In this document: one piece after another, positions 35,625 through 48,207 of the stretch
Position numbering within the stretch: position 1 is the first letter of the stretch
Layout of the letters: the number at the start of each line of letters is the position of its first letter
Assembly (NCBI RefSeq): GCF_009914755.1
Contig: NC_060945.1
Strand: one strand, 5' to 3'
Source: the human T2T-CHM13v2.0 reference genome, Homo sapiens
DNA length: 64,000 bases
Made by a program: the position numbers and the translations under genes
The notes under the pieces: model-generated
Database searches by the model: none
The model's input: only the letters and a program-made list of their open reading frames with translations
What the model was told of the DNA's origin: nothing

Positions 35625-35718
35625 AGCGTCATGAACAGGATGCACGTGGTCAGCGTCCCCTACGCGCTGATGAAGGCGAACCCACTCTCCTGGATCCAGA
35701 AAGTGTGCTTCTATAAAG
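35625..35718 (+). CDS. DIP2A: DIP2A exon ~15, SVMNRMHVVSVPYALMKANPLSWIQKVCFYK
   Basis: cacag|AGCGTC...AAAG|gtaacg. Confidence 0.96.
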
Positions 35719-36661
35719 GTAACGGATACCATGGTCAGGGCCTTCACCCTTCTTTAGGGAAATCTCTTTGAACTGACCTTTGGTGCTTAAGAAAAAATAA
35801 AGCTGACATGTGGAACTGCAGATGTAGGCTGAAGAGCTGTGGGACGTCTTTCTTGGTCACACCCCTGCCCAGGAATATGGGGGCTTTCTCTGCCTCTGGC
35901 ATGGCCCTCAGGGTTTCGTGGGTGATGTGGTAAGTAGGGCCACTTGGTGGGGTCTGGGCCTTACTTCTCTCAACGGTTGAGGTGCCTCCTGGGACCAAGC
36001 AGGAGGCCCCAGCATGGCCACACCTGCACAGTTGGCAGTCTGTGTCTCTGCCCTGTGGAGCTCAGTGGCACTTCTACCAGCCACTGAGGCACTGGATCAC
36101 CTGGGTCACCCATGTTGCCTTGTTCTACCTACTGGGCTGTGCCCCTCTAGACATGTCTCAGAGCAGTGTGGAGGGGCAGCTCTCTCTGTCTGTCCTACTT
36201 TATGGAGGGAAACTGAAGCTTGGGTAGGGGTGGGGGGATTGCTGGATTCCACATGCTAGCCAGTGCAGGGGCCAGACTGAGGCCTGAGACCATCTGTTTA
36301 GCTTCTGGGGTCCTCACACTTCTCAGCCAGCACCAGGGGTTTGGGGAAGGACAACATGAGATGAAGCGGGCAGATAGGAAAAGAGCAATATGGAGCTTCT
36401 AAGAAAAAATTAATGTTGGAAATGGATCTGAGGTTTTGATGTCTAAATTGTACCTCAGAGTTGATTTTTGTGGAAAAAGCTTTGAGGGTTTGTTAGACTG
36501 CATGTGAGAGACGGCTGCAGAGAGCTTGTGACCTGGGAGCTAAGTGTTGTGTCTGTCTGTGCATGTACACCTCTCTGTGGGATGAGGTACACGTGTCTGT
36601 AGGCGTGTGAGGGTGCCAGTCCTTGTGACGCAGGGATGTCTGTGCCATCCTCTCTCTGCAG

Positions 36662-36781
36662 CTCGGGCCGCGCTGGTGAAGTCGCGAGACATGCACTGGT
36701 CTCTCCTAGCTCAGCGGGGCCAGAGGGACGTCAGCCTCAGCTCACTGCGCATGCTGATTGTGGCCGATGGTGCCAACCCGT
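36662..36781 (+). CDS. DIP2A: DIP2A exon ~16, (A)RAALVKSRDMHWSLLAQRGQRDVSLSSLRMLIVADGANP
   Basis: ctgcag|CTCGG...CCGT|gtgagt. Confidence 0.96.
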
Positions 36782-38055
36782 GTGAGTGAGCCTGTGTGCC
36801 CGGCGCATACCCCACACAGTGTCCCCTCCTGCAAACCAAAGTAGAATACACTGAGAAGCAAAATGGAGGCATTTTCACTGCCATTGTCATATAGATACAC
36901 ATGTCCCATCGTTTCTATGACACGGAACATCTTGGTGATTCACTGGTTTATCCCATGCATGTTTATTAGGCCACTAAATTTAAAAGCAATTTTAATATGC
37001 TTGATGAAAGGTACATGCCTTAATGAGAGTCATCTTTCTTAAGAAATTACCAGATTGTGCTGTGGCCTGGGGTTCCTGTTTCTCTTTAGGCCTCATCCCC
37101 ACCCTCCTGCCCTTTGTCCTGGTGCCCCCACGTCTCTGGCTTCTGGCTTCACTTCTCCCACCAGGACCCAACCATTCTCCCTCCTGGTTTGCCTGGGTGT
37201 CCCCCACATCCTCCCAGGAGGAGCTCCCTATGGCTGCTGCCTGACCACGTAGGGCCTCCTGCGTACGGTGGTCTGAATGGGAACTGCTTTGTCAAGGCTG
37301 CACACGTGAGCTCTGGGGCCCAGGACTGTCCAGGGTCTGACTCAGTACCTCCTCTGGGGAAGCCTCAGGTGATGCTGGTCACACAGGGGCTCCTGTTGCA
37401 GCACACACCTGTTGACCAGGTATTAGGGGTTTTCTTGTTTGTTAACCTGCATCATTGTCTATGCACTGGAGACTACCCTGCATCAGAAGCTGATGTTTCA
37501 TCTTATCCCCTCTCCAGTGTGGCCGACACCCCATCTCTTGGGAGGTCACCCCACCTTTGAGCACCCCCAGAGCCTCTCATTCTCTTGGTCCACACCTGAG
37601 CCAGGCAGGGCCTGCTTCTGGGTTCTGCAGCACTGCTCAGGTCTCTGCGTCTCCACCCCAGGCGCACCGCCACTCCGTGGTCCCCATGGTGGAGTCAGAG
37701 TGTGCACCTCCTCTCCAGTGCCTCTTCCCATGGCACTCCCCTGTTGCTGCACCTGATCCTTGCAGTGCCGTGCAGCTTGTCTCCCACCACATGCAGCACC
37801 TTCCTGTCCCTAGTGATGCCCCTTCTGCCCTTTGGAGCACCAGACCATCCATGGCTGTCTGATTTCCTTTAAAGATACCATCTTCCTTGAAGAACATGAA
37901 GTCTGAGGGTACCTGTGAAGGGGCCCCTTCCTTCTGCTGATGCAGCCCTGTGGTTCCGATGGCCGCAGGCTGCGCTAACTTGAGCATGTCCAGCCAGCCC
38001 TTCCCTGCTGGCCCCCCAGTTAGTGCTGGCGTTCCACTCTTGTTGCTCTGTGCAG

Positions 38056-38170
38056 GGTCGATCTCCTCCTGTGACGCCTTCCTCAACGTCTTCCAGTCCA
38101 GAGGTCTGAGGCCAGAGGTCATCTGTCCTTGTGCAAGTTCTCCTGAGGCGCTGACTGTCGCCATCCGCAG
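38056..38170 (+). CDS. DIP2A: DIP2A exon ~17, (W)SISSCDAFLNVFQSRGLRPEVICPCASSPEALTVAIR
   Basis: gtgcag|GGTCG...GCAG|gtaacc. Confidence 0.96.
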
Positions 38171-38916
38171 GTAACCTTATTCCTTGCTATGTCTCATGAG
38201 CACTTAGTTGAATCTTCTGCATACAGCTGAGTTATCCTGGAGCTGTGCCTGTGCCTGTGCCTGTTAGGATCCAGGCCCATTTGTGCAGTAGTACCTTGGT
38301 GCCTGGCCCCCCACATTTTGCCGGCTTGGGTTTGTGTGGAGAATTGGGTAGGAACTTCCTGGGCCATACTCTGGATTCTTGCAGAATGCCGGCTTGCGAT
38401 TTTCCTGAGTGCTTCCCAAATTAGAAAGGCCTTGTCATCTCGTCTGTAGCTGTGGTAAACATTACAACCTAGGAACTCTTTCTTACTCTGAGGCAGGTGT
38501 CGGTCAGCCGTGGAGTCTGTGGGAACCACTGACCTGCCTGGAGAAGCACCCGGCCTGGTGCTTAGTGCCCGGCCACCCACCTCCCGGGAGGCCTGTGCTG
38601 CTCCTGTGGCGGTTTCCCTCATGTCATGTTTCTCAGCCTAGAGGGCATGTTGAGCCTGCAGACTGCCCTGAGTGTCCTTGTGTGTGGGTGCGGGGCTGCT
38701 GGTCCTTCCTGTGCTCCTCACTCCCCTCCTGAGGTTTCCTTTCCCCTCTTCTCACCTGCCCCACTCCCAGCTCCATCCTGTGGGTAGAACTCAGTGTGCT
38801 CACAGCTGAGGTGTCTTAGCCTCAATTGTAATCTTGTATTATAGTCATATATTCATAAATGGTATGTGTTTCCATATATGGAACTAACCCTAAGTTTTTA
38901 AAAGTAACCCTAACTT

Positions 38917-39226
<310 letters not shown>

Positions 39227-39363
39227 CTATTTAATCACTTAACATTAAAAAAACGCTATTGTCGTCTACAAACTATAAATTATTCTTCATTCTTTTGTTC
39301 TATGGTGATTTGTTTTGCACAACTGTGTAATTTTTTTCATATTGGAGGAAACGCCTGTTGCTC

Positions 39364-39810
39364 AGTATTCCAGTTACTATTGTTGTATCACAAACAACAA
39401 CAGTCATTTTATTGTCTCTCATGCTTTCTGTGGGCCAGGAGCTTAGGAAGGCCTCTGCCAGGTGGTTCTGGCTTGCAGGAGATGGTGTTTGGAGGGAGCG
39501 GTGAGGGGCTGAGACAGCTTTGTGTGTGTACATCTCAGGCCCCCACCTGGTCTCTCAGAGTGAGCTGCTCTGGGCTTCCTTGCAGTGCAGTGGCCTCAAC
39601 ACCGTCCTTCTGTTTGCCGGGCTTCACAGGGCTCCAGGCGAGTGTCCCAAGACAATCGGGTAGAAGCTGAATTGACGTTACTGGCCTGCATTGGAAGTCA
39701 CACAGCATCACAACCACTGTAGTCACAGGCCCTTTTCCCACTGAGTGGAGTGTCGACGTCACATTGCAGAGGGGCATGTAGTTTGGAGACATTGCAGCAT
39801 CTTTAGAACA
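39364..39810 (-). mobile_element. MLT1-family (MaLR) LTR, degenerate
   Basis: cagttactattgttgtatcacaaac...tctcatgctttctgtgggccaggag...tggaagtcacacagcatcac motifs. Confidence 0.55.
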
Positions 39811-39940
39811 TGCGTTTCTCACAAGTCTGTAACATGGAGCAGTGGCTTTGGTGCAGAATCATGCTGCAGGCAAGGTGGGCCCACCTCCCTGGAATTTCAT
39901 CCCCCTCGTCAGTTAAACCCATGGTGGTTTTATTTTCTAG

Positions 39941-40080
39941 GCCACCTGATCTGGGAGGACCACCTCCAAGAAAAGCAGTCCTGTCGATGAACGGTCTAAG
40001 TTATGGTGTTATCAGAGTGGATACTGAAGAAAAGTTGTCAGTCCTTACTGTTCAGGACGTTGGTCAGGTGATGCCTGGAG
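39941..40080 (+). CDS. DIP2A: DIP2A exon ~18, (R)PPDLGGPPPRKAVLSMNGLSYGVIRVDTEEKLSVLTVQDVGQVMPG
   Basis: ttctag|GCCAC...GGAG|gtaaga. Confidence 0.96.
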
Positions 40081-40116
40081 GTAAGAGACATAACCAGAGT
40101 GGGTCTTTGTCCATGA

Positions 40117-40356
<240 letters not shown>

Positions 40357-41287
40357 TAAAATATTTGCTCAGTTTTTTCCCTCCCTTTGTGCTAAGTTTA
40401 AAGATGAGCTAAAATATAAAGATGTGTATATGGCCTATGCAACTCACTTACAGTTCTTTGATATTTGGGAAGACGGTGATAATAGCTCACTGTGTTCCAG
40501 GCACAGGCTTCATACTTCATATGTGTTGAAGCATTTAACCCCATGGCAACCATGTGAAGTGGGCAGCTCTGAGGAAAATGGTAATGTTTGTGAATAACTT
40601 GATAATTAGGTTATCTAAGTAAGTTCTAGCAAGCATGTGTTAGATAGAAGCCTCATGGAAGCTTCCCAGAAATTCCTCGATGTCAGAAAGGCCTATGTGA
40701 ACTCTTCTGCAGAAGTTGGCTCTGTAGGCCTGACCGTCATGTTAGATGTTGGAGGTTTTCCTTGCTGGCCTGAGGCAGAATCTGGCCTGGGAGGCCCTGG
40801 TGACATTCGAGTGGGGACACTGCCACGTGGTCTGAGGCTGCCCTCCTTGTAGCCACCCCACAGCTACTTCAGCTTTCCTGCCTCCCTGTGATGGCCCTTC
40901 TGGGGTTCACGGGCAGCTGTCAGGGCCCCTTTTGGTGACTTCTAGAGGCAGGACCCCATCTCTCAGTGCAGTCTCCCCCCTTCCAATGCGGCCCTGACTG
41001 TGTTAGGGGTTGCAGGCACTGCGAGAGGCTCAGCGTCCTGGCCCTTGTGCCTGCAACTCTGCCTCTTGCAGGCGGCTGTGCTGACCGGCTGTGGCTGCTC
41101 AGGTGCAGACCCTGTCTGTGGGTGGTGCTGGCAGCCCAGCCATCTCTAACCTGGAGCCTGGGGCCAGCTGGTGCCTGATCCCTGTGTGTGCACAGATGCT
41201 GGGTCCTCATTGAATAAGACTGAAGTATTTCAGCCTGTGTTTCTAGCTCTACTTGTTACTCATACAAATGGCATCATTTTTTTCCTG

Positions 41288-41403
41288 TAATTCTACTGAG
41301 AAATAGAACAGTCAGTCTTGCACGGTGCTTGAACCTGTCGTAAAATAATTCTCCTGAGAAATAGAACAGTCAGTCTTGCACGGTGCTTGAACCTGTCGTA
41401 AAA
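41288..41403. repeat. 58-bp tandem duplication (2 copies, 1 mismatch)
   Basis: taattct(a/c)ctgagaaatagaacagtcagtcttgcacggtgcttgaacctgtcgtaaaa x2. Confidence 0.95.
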
Positions 41404-41574
41404 CATTTTCACAGACAGCAATCATTGGGGTGTCACTTATTTACTCATGGGGAAAATACAGGTAAGTGTTTAAACTTCCCTGGAAAATCATGATGAGGTC
41501 ATGATTCTGAATGAATCTTAGGAACATCTGTAGTTGTGCGCGTTTTATTTGTAAAATGTGGATTAGGACAGGAC

Positions 41575-41772
41575 ATGCGTGCACAGCGCTCCCGTAGGCG
41601 TGCACGCAGCACACCTCCTCCCCCGGGCGTGCACACAGCGCTCCACCAGACGTGCATGCAGCGCACCCCCCTCCCCCAGGTGTGTGCATGCAGCGCTCCC
41701 CCTCTGCCAGGCGCGCGTGCAAAGCGCTCCCCCAGGCACTCCCCCAGGCATGCACGCAGCACTCCCCCAGGT
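41575..41772. repeat. GC-rich degenerate minisatellite (gcgtgca(c/t)gcagc(g/a)ctcccc-like units)
   Basis: about 7-8 imperfect units of 20-30 bp. Confidence 0.8.
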
Positions 41773-42027
41773 GGACCCCCGTTTCCCATGACCCTCCACA
41801 GCCCCCGGGCTGTACCCCTTGTTGTGGGACTGAGCCCCATGGTGAATCCTACGGGTGATTTGTTTGCAGCAGTTTTTCAGTCTGCCCTGTGTAGGCCTGT
41901 GTTCACTACTGTATCAAGTGTGTATGTGGTGCTTTGTGGCTTTTCGTGACCTTGCCCCATCTCTGCATGTGCTTGTAAGTGTTGTGTGGCACTGATGGCT
42001 GCCTGGATGGCCACCTGGAAGCACAGA

Positions 42028-42079
42028 CAAGCACCACCTTCCACATCAGCCAAGCACCACCTTCCACATCAGCCAAGCA
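42028..42079. repeat. 23-bp tandem duplication
   Basis: caagcaccaccttccacatcagc x2 plus a partial copy. Confidence 0.9.
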
Positions 42080-43344
42080 TGGCTGCATTCTCTCTGCAAA
42101 GTCTTTTATCTGATTTGTGGCAAAAGGAAGCAAATATCTGGTTGTCTCTCTCTTTCTTTTTACTGTCTTTGGAGATGAGAATATATTAGAAAAAAACTCA
42201 AGAAGAGGCACAGAAGGACAGTTCCTAGCTGACCCAATGGGTTAATTGATTGCTAAGTAACCAAGTTTCATTTAATGGACCACAGCCCATTCATTTGTGC
42301 ATCTCATGCTTTTGTGTGAGGCTGTTTCTGGAGGCCTTTCTGTGGCAGAGCTGAGGACTAGGCAGATGAGATCCCTTGTGGGAGGCGAAGGCAGCAGGTC
42401 ACCGAGAGTTGGGTAGGGTGCACTTAAGTAAAAACAGAACTGGGTGATGGGGCTGTGGGAGGAGTCACACTGAGGCCTGAGACATCGTGCTCCATGAAAA
42501 GGCGCACATGTACAAATTGGCCCCCAAATGCGGAAAGGCCGAGAAATTGAAGAACGAGGCAGACAGATCGTTTGTCAGTAGAGGGTGGTTCATTGGGGAA
42601 CTTACAGATAGAATCCTGGTCTTGAGTGGCTGCAAGACAGGTAGATCTCTGCACCGCAACCCTCCAGACCCAGGGCCTTTGTCTTGGGGAAAAACATCTG
42701 CGCTCTGGAAAGAATGTGCACATGGCTGAGGGAGTGCCCTGGGCCTCATAGCCTGTAGTGTGTGCAGCAGCATCAGGGTTGTTTTGGAAGTTAGGCAGAA
42801 CTTAAAATGAACAGGTATTTCTCCATGAAGATATCCTAGAGGCACTCCTTGACTTAAGATTAGTCTGGAGTCACATGGCAGATTTGCATTTAAAATAAGG
42901 TTACTAGAAAGGGGGCAGGCATGGGCAGAGTTCTGTCAGGCTCTGGAGCAGGAGATGGTGTCCCGGGCTCGTGTGTGGTGGTGATGGTCAGGAGCCAGGG
43001 CCAGCAGCACCCCATGTGGACCCGAGAGGGCAGTATGACAAGAGGAGGCACAGGGTTTATTTATCGTAGTACAGGAAATATTTTGTCAGCCGGGGCTTAT
43101 TACATGAAGGATGTGTTGTACTTTCTGGTCACCTTACATTGATTATAAAAAATATTACATATAAAATATAAAGACTTACAGCTAGGTAGCATGTGTATCA
43201 TCTGTGTCATAAAACTCCTTATAAGAAGGTGCTGTGTATATAACATCCTGTTTCCATAACCGCACATACAGCAGCAAGGAGATCTTTGTGAGTGATCCAT
43301 TTAAACACGTTCTTGATAATTTTGAGTTTTTTTTCTCATTTTAG

Positions 43345-43481
43345 CTAATGTATGTGTTGTGAAGTTAGAAGGTACCCCTTATCTTTGTAAAACTGATGAA
43401 GTGGGAGAAATATGCGTCAGTTCCAGTGCAACTGGCACAGCGTACTATGGATTGCTTGGAATCACGAAGAATGTGTTTGAG
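43345..43481 (+). CDS. DIP2A: DIP2A exon ~19, (A)NVCVVKLEGTPYLCKTDEVGEICVSSSATGTAYYGLLGITKNVFE
   Basis: ttttag|CTAAT...TGAG|gtttgt; GEI (A6-like) motif. Confidence 0.96.
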
Positions 43482-44088
43482 GTTTGTCCCTTTTCCTGAC
43501 TTTCATGTTGAAGTTAAGTTGCATGAGCACTCATGGGGTCCCAGGTGTGCTGGGTGCTGGGGGATTGCAGAGGCTGCGGGGATGGTCTCCTTCCACACAG
43601 GCGCTGCTGGGGCTGTTGGCACATGGCCTGCACACCCCTGTGTGTCCTCCCAGAGTGAGGGCAAGGCCAGTACCAGGACCAGGCATGCTGTGGAGGGCTG
43701 GGAGTCAGCGTGCTTCCCACAGTCCTGCATGGGAGGAGGGTGTGTGGGTGCGGCCTGGTGGCCAATAGGAAGGCACTCACCGTGGCCCCAGGGAAACCAG
43801 CCCTCTGCTATATTTGCATTGTTGTGATGTGAGTTGTTCAGGACAAGTCTAGGGAGGCCAGGCACCCAGAGCAGAGGTAAAAGGGATGCTTGTTTCCTGC
43901 CTCAGGAGGCCTGCCCAGGAGATTGAGCAGCCAGGCCACAGAAACTGGGCCTATGCAGGGCCAGCCTCCTTTTTCCCCCTGGCCAGCAGGCGCACACGTG
44001 GTGCTGAGCCTCCTGCCGCCTGCTGGGTCTTTTTGGCCAGTTGGTTGGTTGTCCACAGCCTGATCGTGCCCCTCTCCACTTTGTGCAG

Positions 44089-44169
44089 GCAGTTCCGGTC
44101 ACCACAGGAGGAGCACCCATCTTTGACAGGCCATTCACCAGGACAGGCCTGCTGGGCTTCATCGGGCCT
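44089..44169 (+). CDS. DIP2A: DIP2A exon ~20, AVPVTTGGAPIFDRPFTRTGLLGFIGP
   Basis: gtgcag|GCAGTT...GCCT|gtgagt; RTGLLG is A7-like. Confidence 0.96.
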
Positions 44170-44493
44170 GTGAGTATGTCCTCCTGTACCAGCACTGGCA
44201 GTCAGAGAAGGTAGGGGGTGTGGCTAAGGGACACCTCGTTGCAGCCCCACCCTTGTCCTGGCCGTTCCTGACCTCCCATGTGGCCTTGGTCGGTGGCGCT
44301 GACCTCCCTGGCCATCACCCTACCTGTGTGCAGGGCCATCCACACCTCCGAGACTGGTGCACAGTCCTGCACACAGGCCTGAGTCGGGGGTCCCCGGGGT
44401 GGATGAGGATGTTTTGCTTTTTATATGGAGTGGCAGGTTTGTGAGTATTCATTATATCATTCTTTACCATTTTGGATGTCTAAACTATTCAAA

Positions 44494-44499
44494 AATAAA
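44494..44499 (+). terminator. Candidate intronic polyadenylation signal AATAAA (intron 20)
   Basis: AATAAA ~280 nt after the read-through stop codon at 44212-44214. Confidence 0.6.
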
Positions 44500-44524
44500 T
44501 GCTTCTATTTGTAACATCTTGGCC

Positions 44525-44751
44525 CAGTGTTTCTCTCAACTGGGCAATTTTGCCCCTTCCCTCCCAGGGGACTTCTGGCAACTTTTGAAGACATTTTTGC
44601 TTGTCACAACTCAAGGGAGGGGAGTGCTCCTGGCATCTAGTGAGTACCTAGAGGCCAGAGATGCTGCTCAGTGTCCAACCTAAGCACAGGACAGCACCTG
44701 CGATGGTATTGTCAGCCCAGAAGGTCCCTGGTGCCGGGTTTGGGACCCCTG
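44525..44751 (+). mobile_element. MER20 hAT-Charlie DNA transposon
   Basis: cagtgtttctctcaac...ttttgcccc...ggggac...gtcacaact...ggcatctagtg...gaggccagagatgctgct...cccctg matches MER20. Confidence 0.88.
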
Positions 44752-45122
44752 CCCTTAGCTCAGCAGTTTTCAGTCCTTCACAAACTCCACCCACAACTCG
44801 TTTCCCACTTGTGAGCCTTTCCCATGCTGACGCTGCCCCAGCAGCCCCACTTTCTTTCACATAGCCTGCCCCTTTCCCATGTTGCCTCCCTTCCTGATGC
44901 TGCCCCACCAGCCCCCATTCCTCCCACACAGCCTGCCCCTGTTCCAGGCCTAGCTTGTCACAGGGCCTGCGTTGCAGATTGGGTCTGTGGGGCATTGACC
45001 CGTTTGCAAGGCGCTAGAGGCTCCTGTGCTGTTGGCCCCTTCTTGGGGGGCCTGACCATGGTCCTGGCGCATCCAGCTTCTGCCCGTGTGGGTGGAGTCT
45101 TGACCCACACCCTTTCCCTCAG

Positions 45123-45250
45123 GACAACCTGGTCTTCATCGTGGGCAAACTGGACGGGCTGATGGTCACTGGAGTTCGCAGACACAATGCAGATGACGTT
45201 GTGGCCACCGCACTGGCCGTGGAGCCCATGAAGTTTGTCTACAGAGGCAG
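45123..45250 (+). CDS. DIP2A: DIP2A exon ~21, DNLVFIVGKLDGLMVTGVRRHNADDVVATALAVEPMKFVYRG
   Basis: cctcag|GACAAC...GCAG|gtgatg; A8 hinge-like motif. Confidence 0.96.
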
Positions 45251-45864
45251 GTGATGCGCTGCGGACCCCCACGCCGGGAGTAGATTCCTTCATTTGCAGC
45301 TCGGGAAGTCTTTGTGCAGTAGATGGAAAGCCCAGCAAACTTGAATTCACAAAGCCTAAAAATTGTTGTACATCAGAAAACTCCTAAAGTAAAAGGAAAA
45401 TATTTGCAGCAATGATACCAGAGTTAATATCCTTACTGTCCAAAGAGTTCCTTGGATTCCTTAAGAAAATAAGGTTTTGATGTAAAATTTGGGGCAAAGG
45501 CTCAAGGGGACAAATCAGGGAGGGAAGAATTGAGTAAAGCAAAGGAGAAATGGGTCTAAGTTCCTAATAACCTTGGAATGTGAATTAAAACAGAAAAGTG
45601 CCATTTTCTCTGCGAGACACATGACACCCTCCATTGCCTCTGGAATAAAAATCAACTCAACTTTTCTACATGTGTAAAGCAAGGACCTTAGAGATTCTCT
45701 TGAGCAAATAATAGACCTCTGGGCCTATGCCCCTGGGCACAGGGGCCAGGAAGAGAATTTTGCTTCTTCTACTCCCAAGCTCCTTGTCTGGGAGGAAGCT
45801 CTTCCCCTAACTGGTCCACTCAACCAGCTGCCTTTTTAAATTTTATTTTTCTCAAGGGGGTGCC

Positions 45865-45895
<31 letters not shown>

Positions 45896-46178
45896 TAGGG
45901 TCTCACTCTGTTGCCCATCCAGGCTGGAGTGCAGTAGTGTGACCATAACTCACTGGAGCCTCTACCTCCTGGGCTTCAAGCAGTCCTCTTACCGCACCTC
46001 CTGAGCAGCTGGGACCACAGACATGCACCCCACGCCTGGCTAATTTTTTAATTTTTTTGTAGAGATAGGGTCTCACTATGTTGCTCAAGCTGCTCTCGAA
46101 CTCCTGGGCTCAAGCAATCCTCCCTCCTTGGCCTCCCAAACTGCTGGGATTACAGGTGTCAGCCAATGTGCCTGGCCA
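45865..46178 (-). mobile_element. Alu (AluJ-like)
   Basis: antisense Alu. Confidence 0.9.
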
Positions 46179-46382
46179 AGGATGTGCCTTTTGTTACTCA
46201 AACTAAGGTACTTGGGAGCCAGGTCAGACCCTGCCTTTGAGTAGCCCTTAAAGCAATCGTGAGGGGATTCTGCAAAGTGGTGTGTCATCATGGTTAGTCT
46301 TGAGGAAAAAGCCCAGAGGATGGACAACAGAGAAGGTGGGAGATTGCTCAGGGGGCTGGGAAGGGCAGGCTGTGCTCATGCA

Positions 46383-46424
<42 letters not shown>

Positions 46425-46430
46425 TGTGCG
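46383..46430. repeat. (TG)n microsatellite
   Basis: about 16 perfect GT units with flanking imperfect units. Confidence 0.95.
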
Positions 46431-47980
46431 CCTGCGTGCAGGGGGAGGGTGGCACAGCCAGGGTCATGACCCCCCTCACAGCAGAAATGGGGGACACATT
46501 GGGCAGGTGTCCTTAGGGATAACATCAAGGTAGCCCAAACCCTGCTTTGAGGTGGAGCAGGGAGACCACCCCCTCGCAGGGCCACCTGTACCTGATGGTG
46601 ACTGCATCTGCAGGCAGGATAGCCTCCCTGTCCCCACTAGGGAAGAGCTGAGGAATACAGGAGCTTGGAAGTGGAACCACAACCAATTGAGAGTATATGT
46701 GCCATTGGAAGAAGAGCAATAGAAGATTTGCAACATGAACTAAGATCAAGAAATGCTAACAAAGTAATTGTTCAAAGAACACAGTAGATGGAATACATAA
46801 AATGGATACAGCTAGAGAACAAGTAGAGAAGGTGGAAAGTCAGATTAGGGAACTACTCTGGAAGTAAAATAGGAACTTTAAAGGAACTATTAAGAGAGAT
46901 GGGAGAGAATAAGGGCTGGTGTCCAGATAGCAGACTCAAGGAGAAGGGATATGTTTAGTGGAGCAGGGATTGTCTGAGGAAGCAGGTGGTTGGGGTTCTC
47001 TGGACTGGGAAGTGGTCCACAGAGGGCCCCATGGCATGTTGAGCTTATCTGTATTCTCACCATGGACCACACAAAAGCCAAGCAAAACACATCAGACTTC
47101 CCCACAGTGGAACTGGCACAAGATAACAGTGCACCCAATTTATCCAAATTGTCACTTTATTGTGCAGTTGTAATAAAAAATATTTTTAAGCATGTAAGTT
47201 TCAGAAGTTTTAACACACAGAGGTCCGTACTGAAAACAGTTTTGGTCAAGATACTAAGAGAAATAAATTCAAGATGTGCTATAAGATGTATGAGAGTAAG
47301 GAGAACTCAGTACTAGGTGAGGTCTGTTGTGTAAATTGTGTGTGTGTGTGTGTACACACACACCAGTCAAGTCAAAGGAAAGGACAAGAGACGGTATATC
47401 CATAATGTCCCAGAGTCAGAATGGTAGACATCCTAACATGATGGGTTTGGTGGGGAGACCATCTTCTTACTTTATGAAAGAAAAGACAAAGATATCAACT
47501 CAAAGTCTAAAAGAAGGAAAAGGCAACACAGAAAAAAGGAGGACATGTTGAAATTTTTAAGATAGTAAAAACACGTCTAAATATACTAATCACTATAAAT
47601 GTCAATAGACTAACTCTAGTAAAATAGAGATGCGATCTGTTGGATTAAAAAAATATAATAAATAGAACTTTTAGACAAAGATTTGTGCAGAAGGAAATTT
47701 ACATCAGATTAAGGAATTTTTTCTTGTAAAAATGTGTGTCTTTGGAGCTGTTTTGCTTTGTCCTGAAGTCCTCTGTTTTTTGTGACTTGAGACACATTTC
47801 AACCATCCTCGAGGAGATTAGAATGATGAGTTACTTTTTGAATGTGCAGCAGGTAGCCCCATTTGATAGACTGCATTTTAAATACTAGGACAGTCTGCCT
47901 CTTCCATCGTGAGGGTGAGAATGCATCTGTGTCTTGTTTGGCCTCTTGCCGTGTGGCCATTTCCATGTCTCATCCCGCAG

Positions 47981-48095
47981 GATCGCTGTGTTCTCTGTGA
48001 CCGTGCTGCACGACGACCGGATTGTCCTGGTGGCTGAGCAGCGGCCGGATGCCTCGGAGGAGGACAGCTTCCAGTGGATGAGCCGTGTGTTGCAG
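47981..48095 (+). CDS. DIP2A: DIP2A exon ~22, (R)IAVFSVTVLHDDRIVLVAEQRPDASEEDSFQWMSRVLQ
   Basis: ccgcag|GATCG...GCAG|gtgggc. Confidence 0.96.
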
Positions 48096-48207
48096 GTGGG
48101 CGCCCCGGCACGGCCTATGGTTCGGTGAATCTCCCAAGCTGGCACCCCCACTCCACTCCAAGTGCCAAGTGGTTGGCTTGTCCCGCCCGGTCCTCCCTGG
48201 CTCCAGC

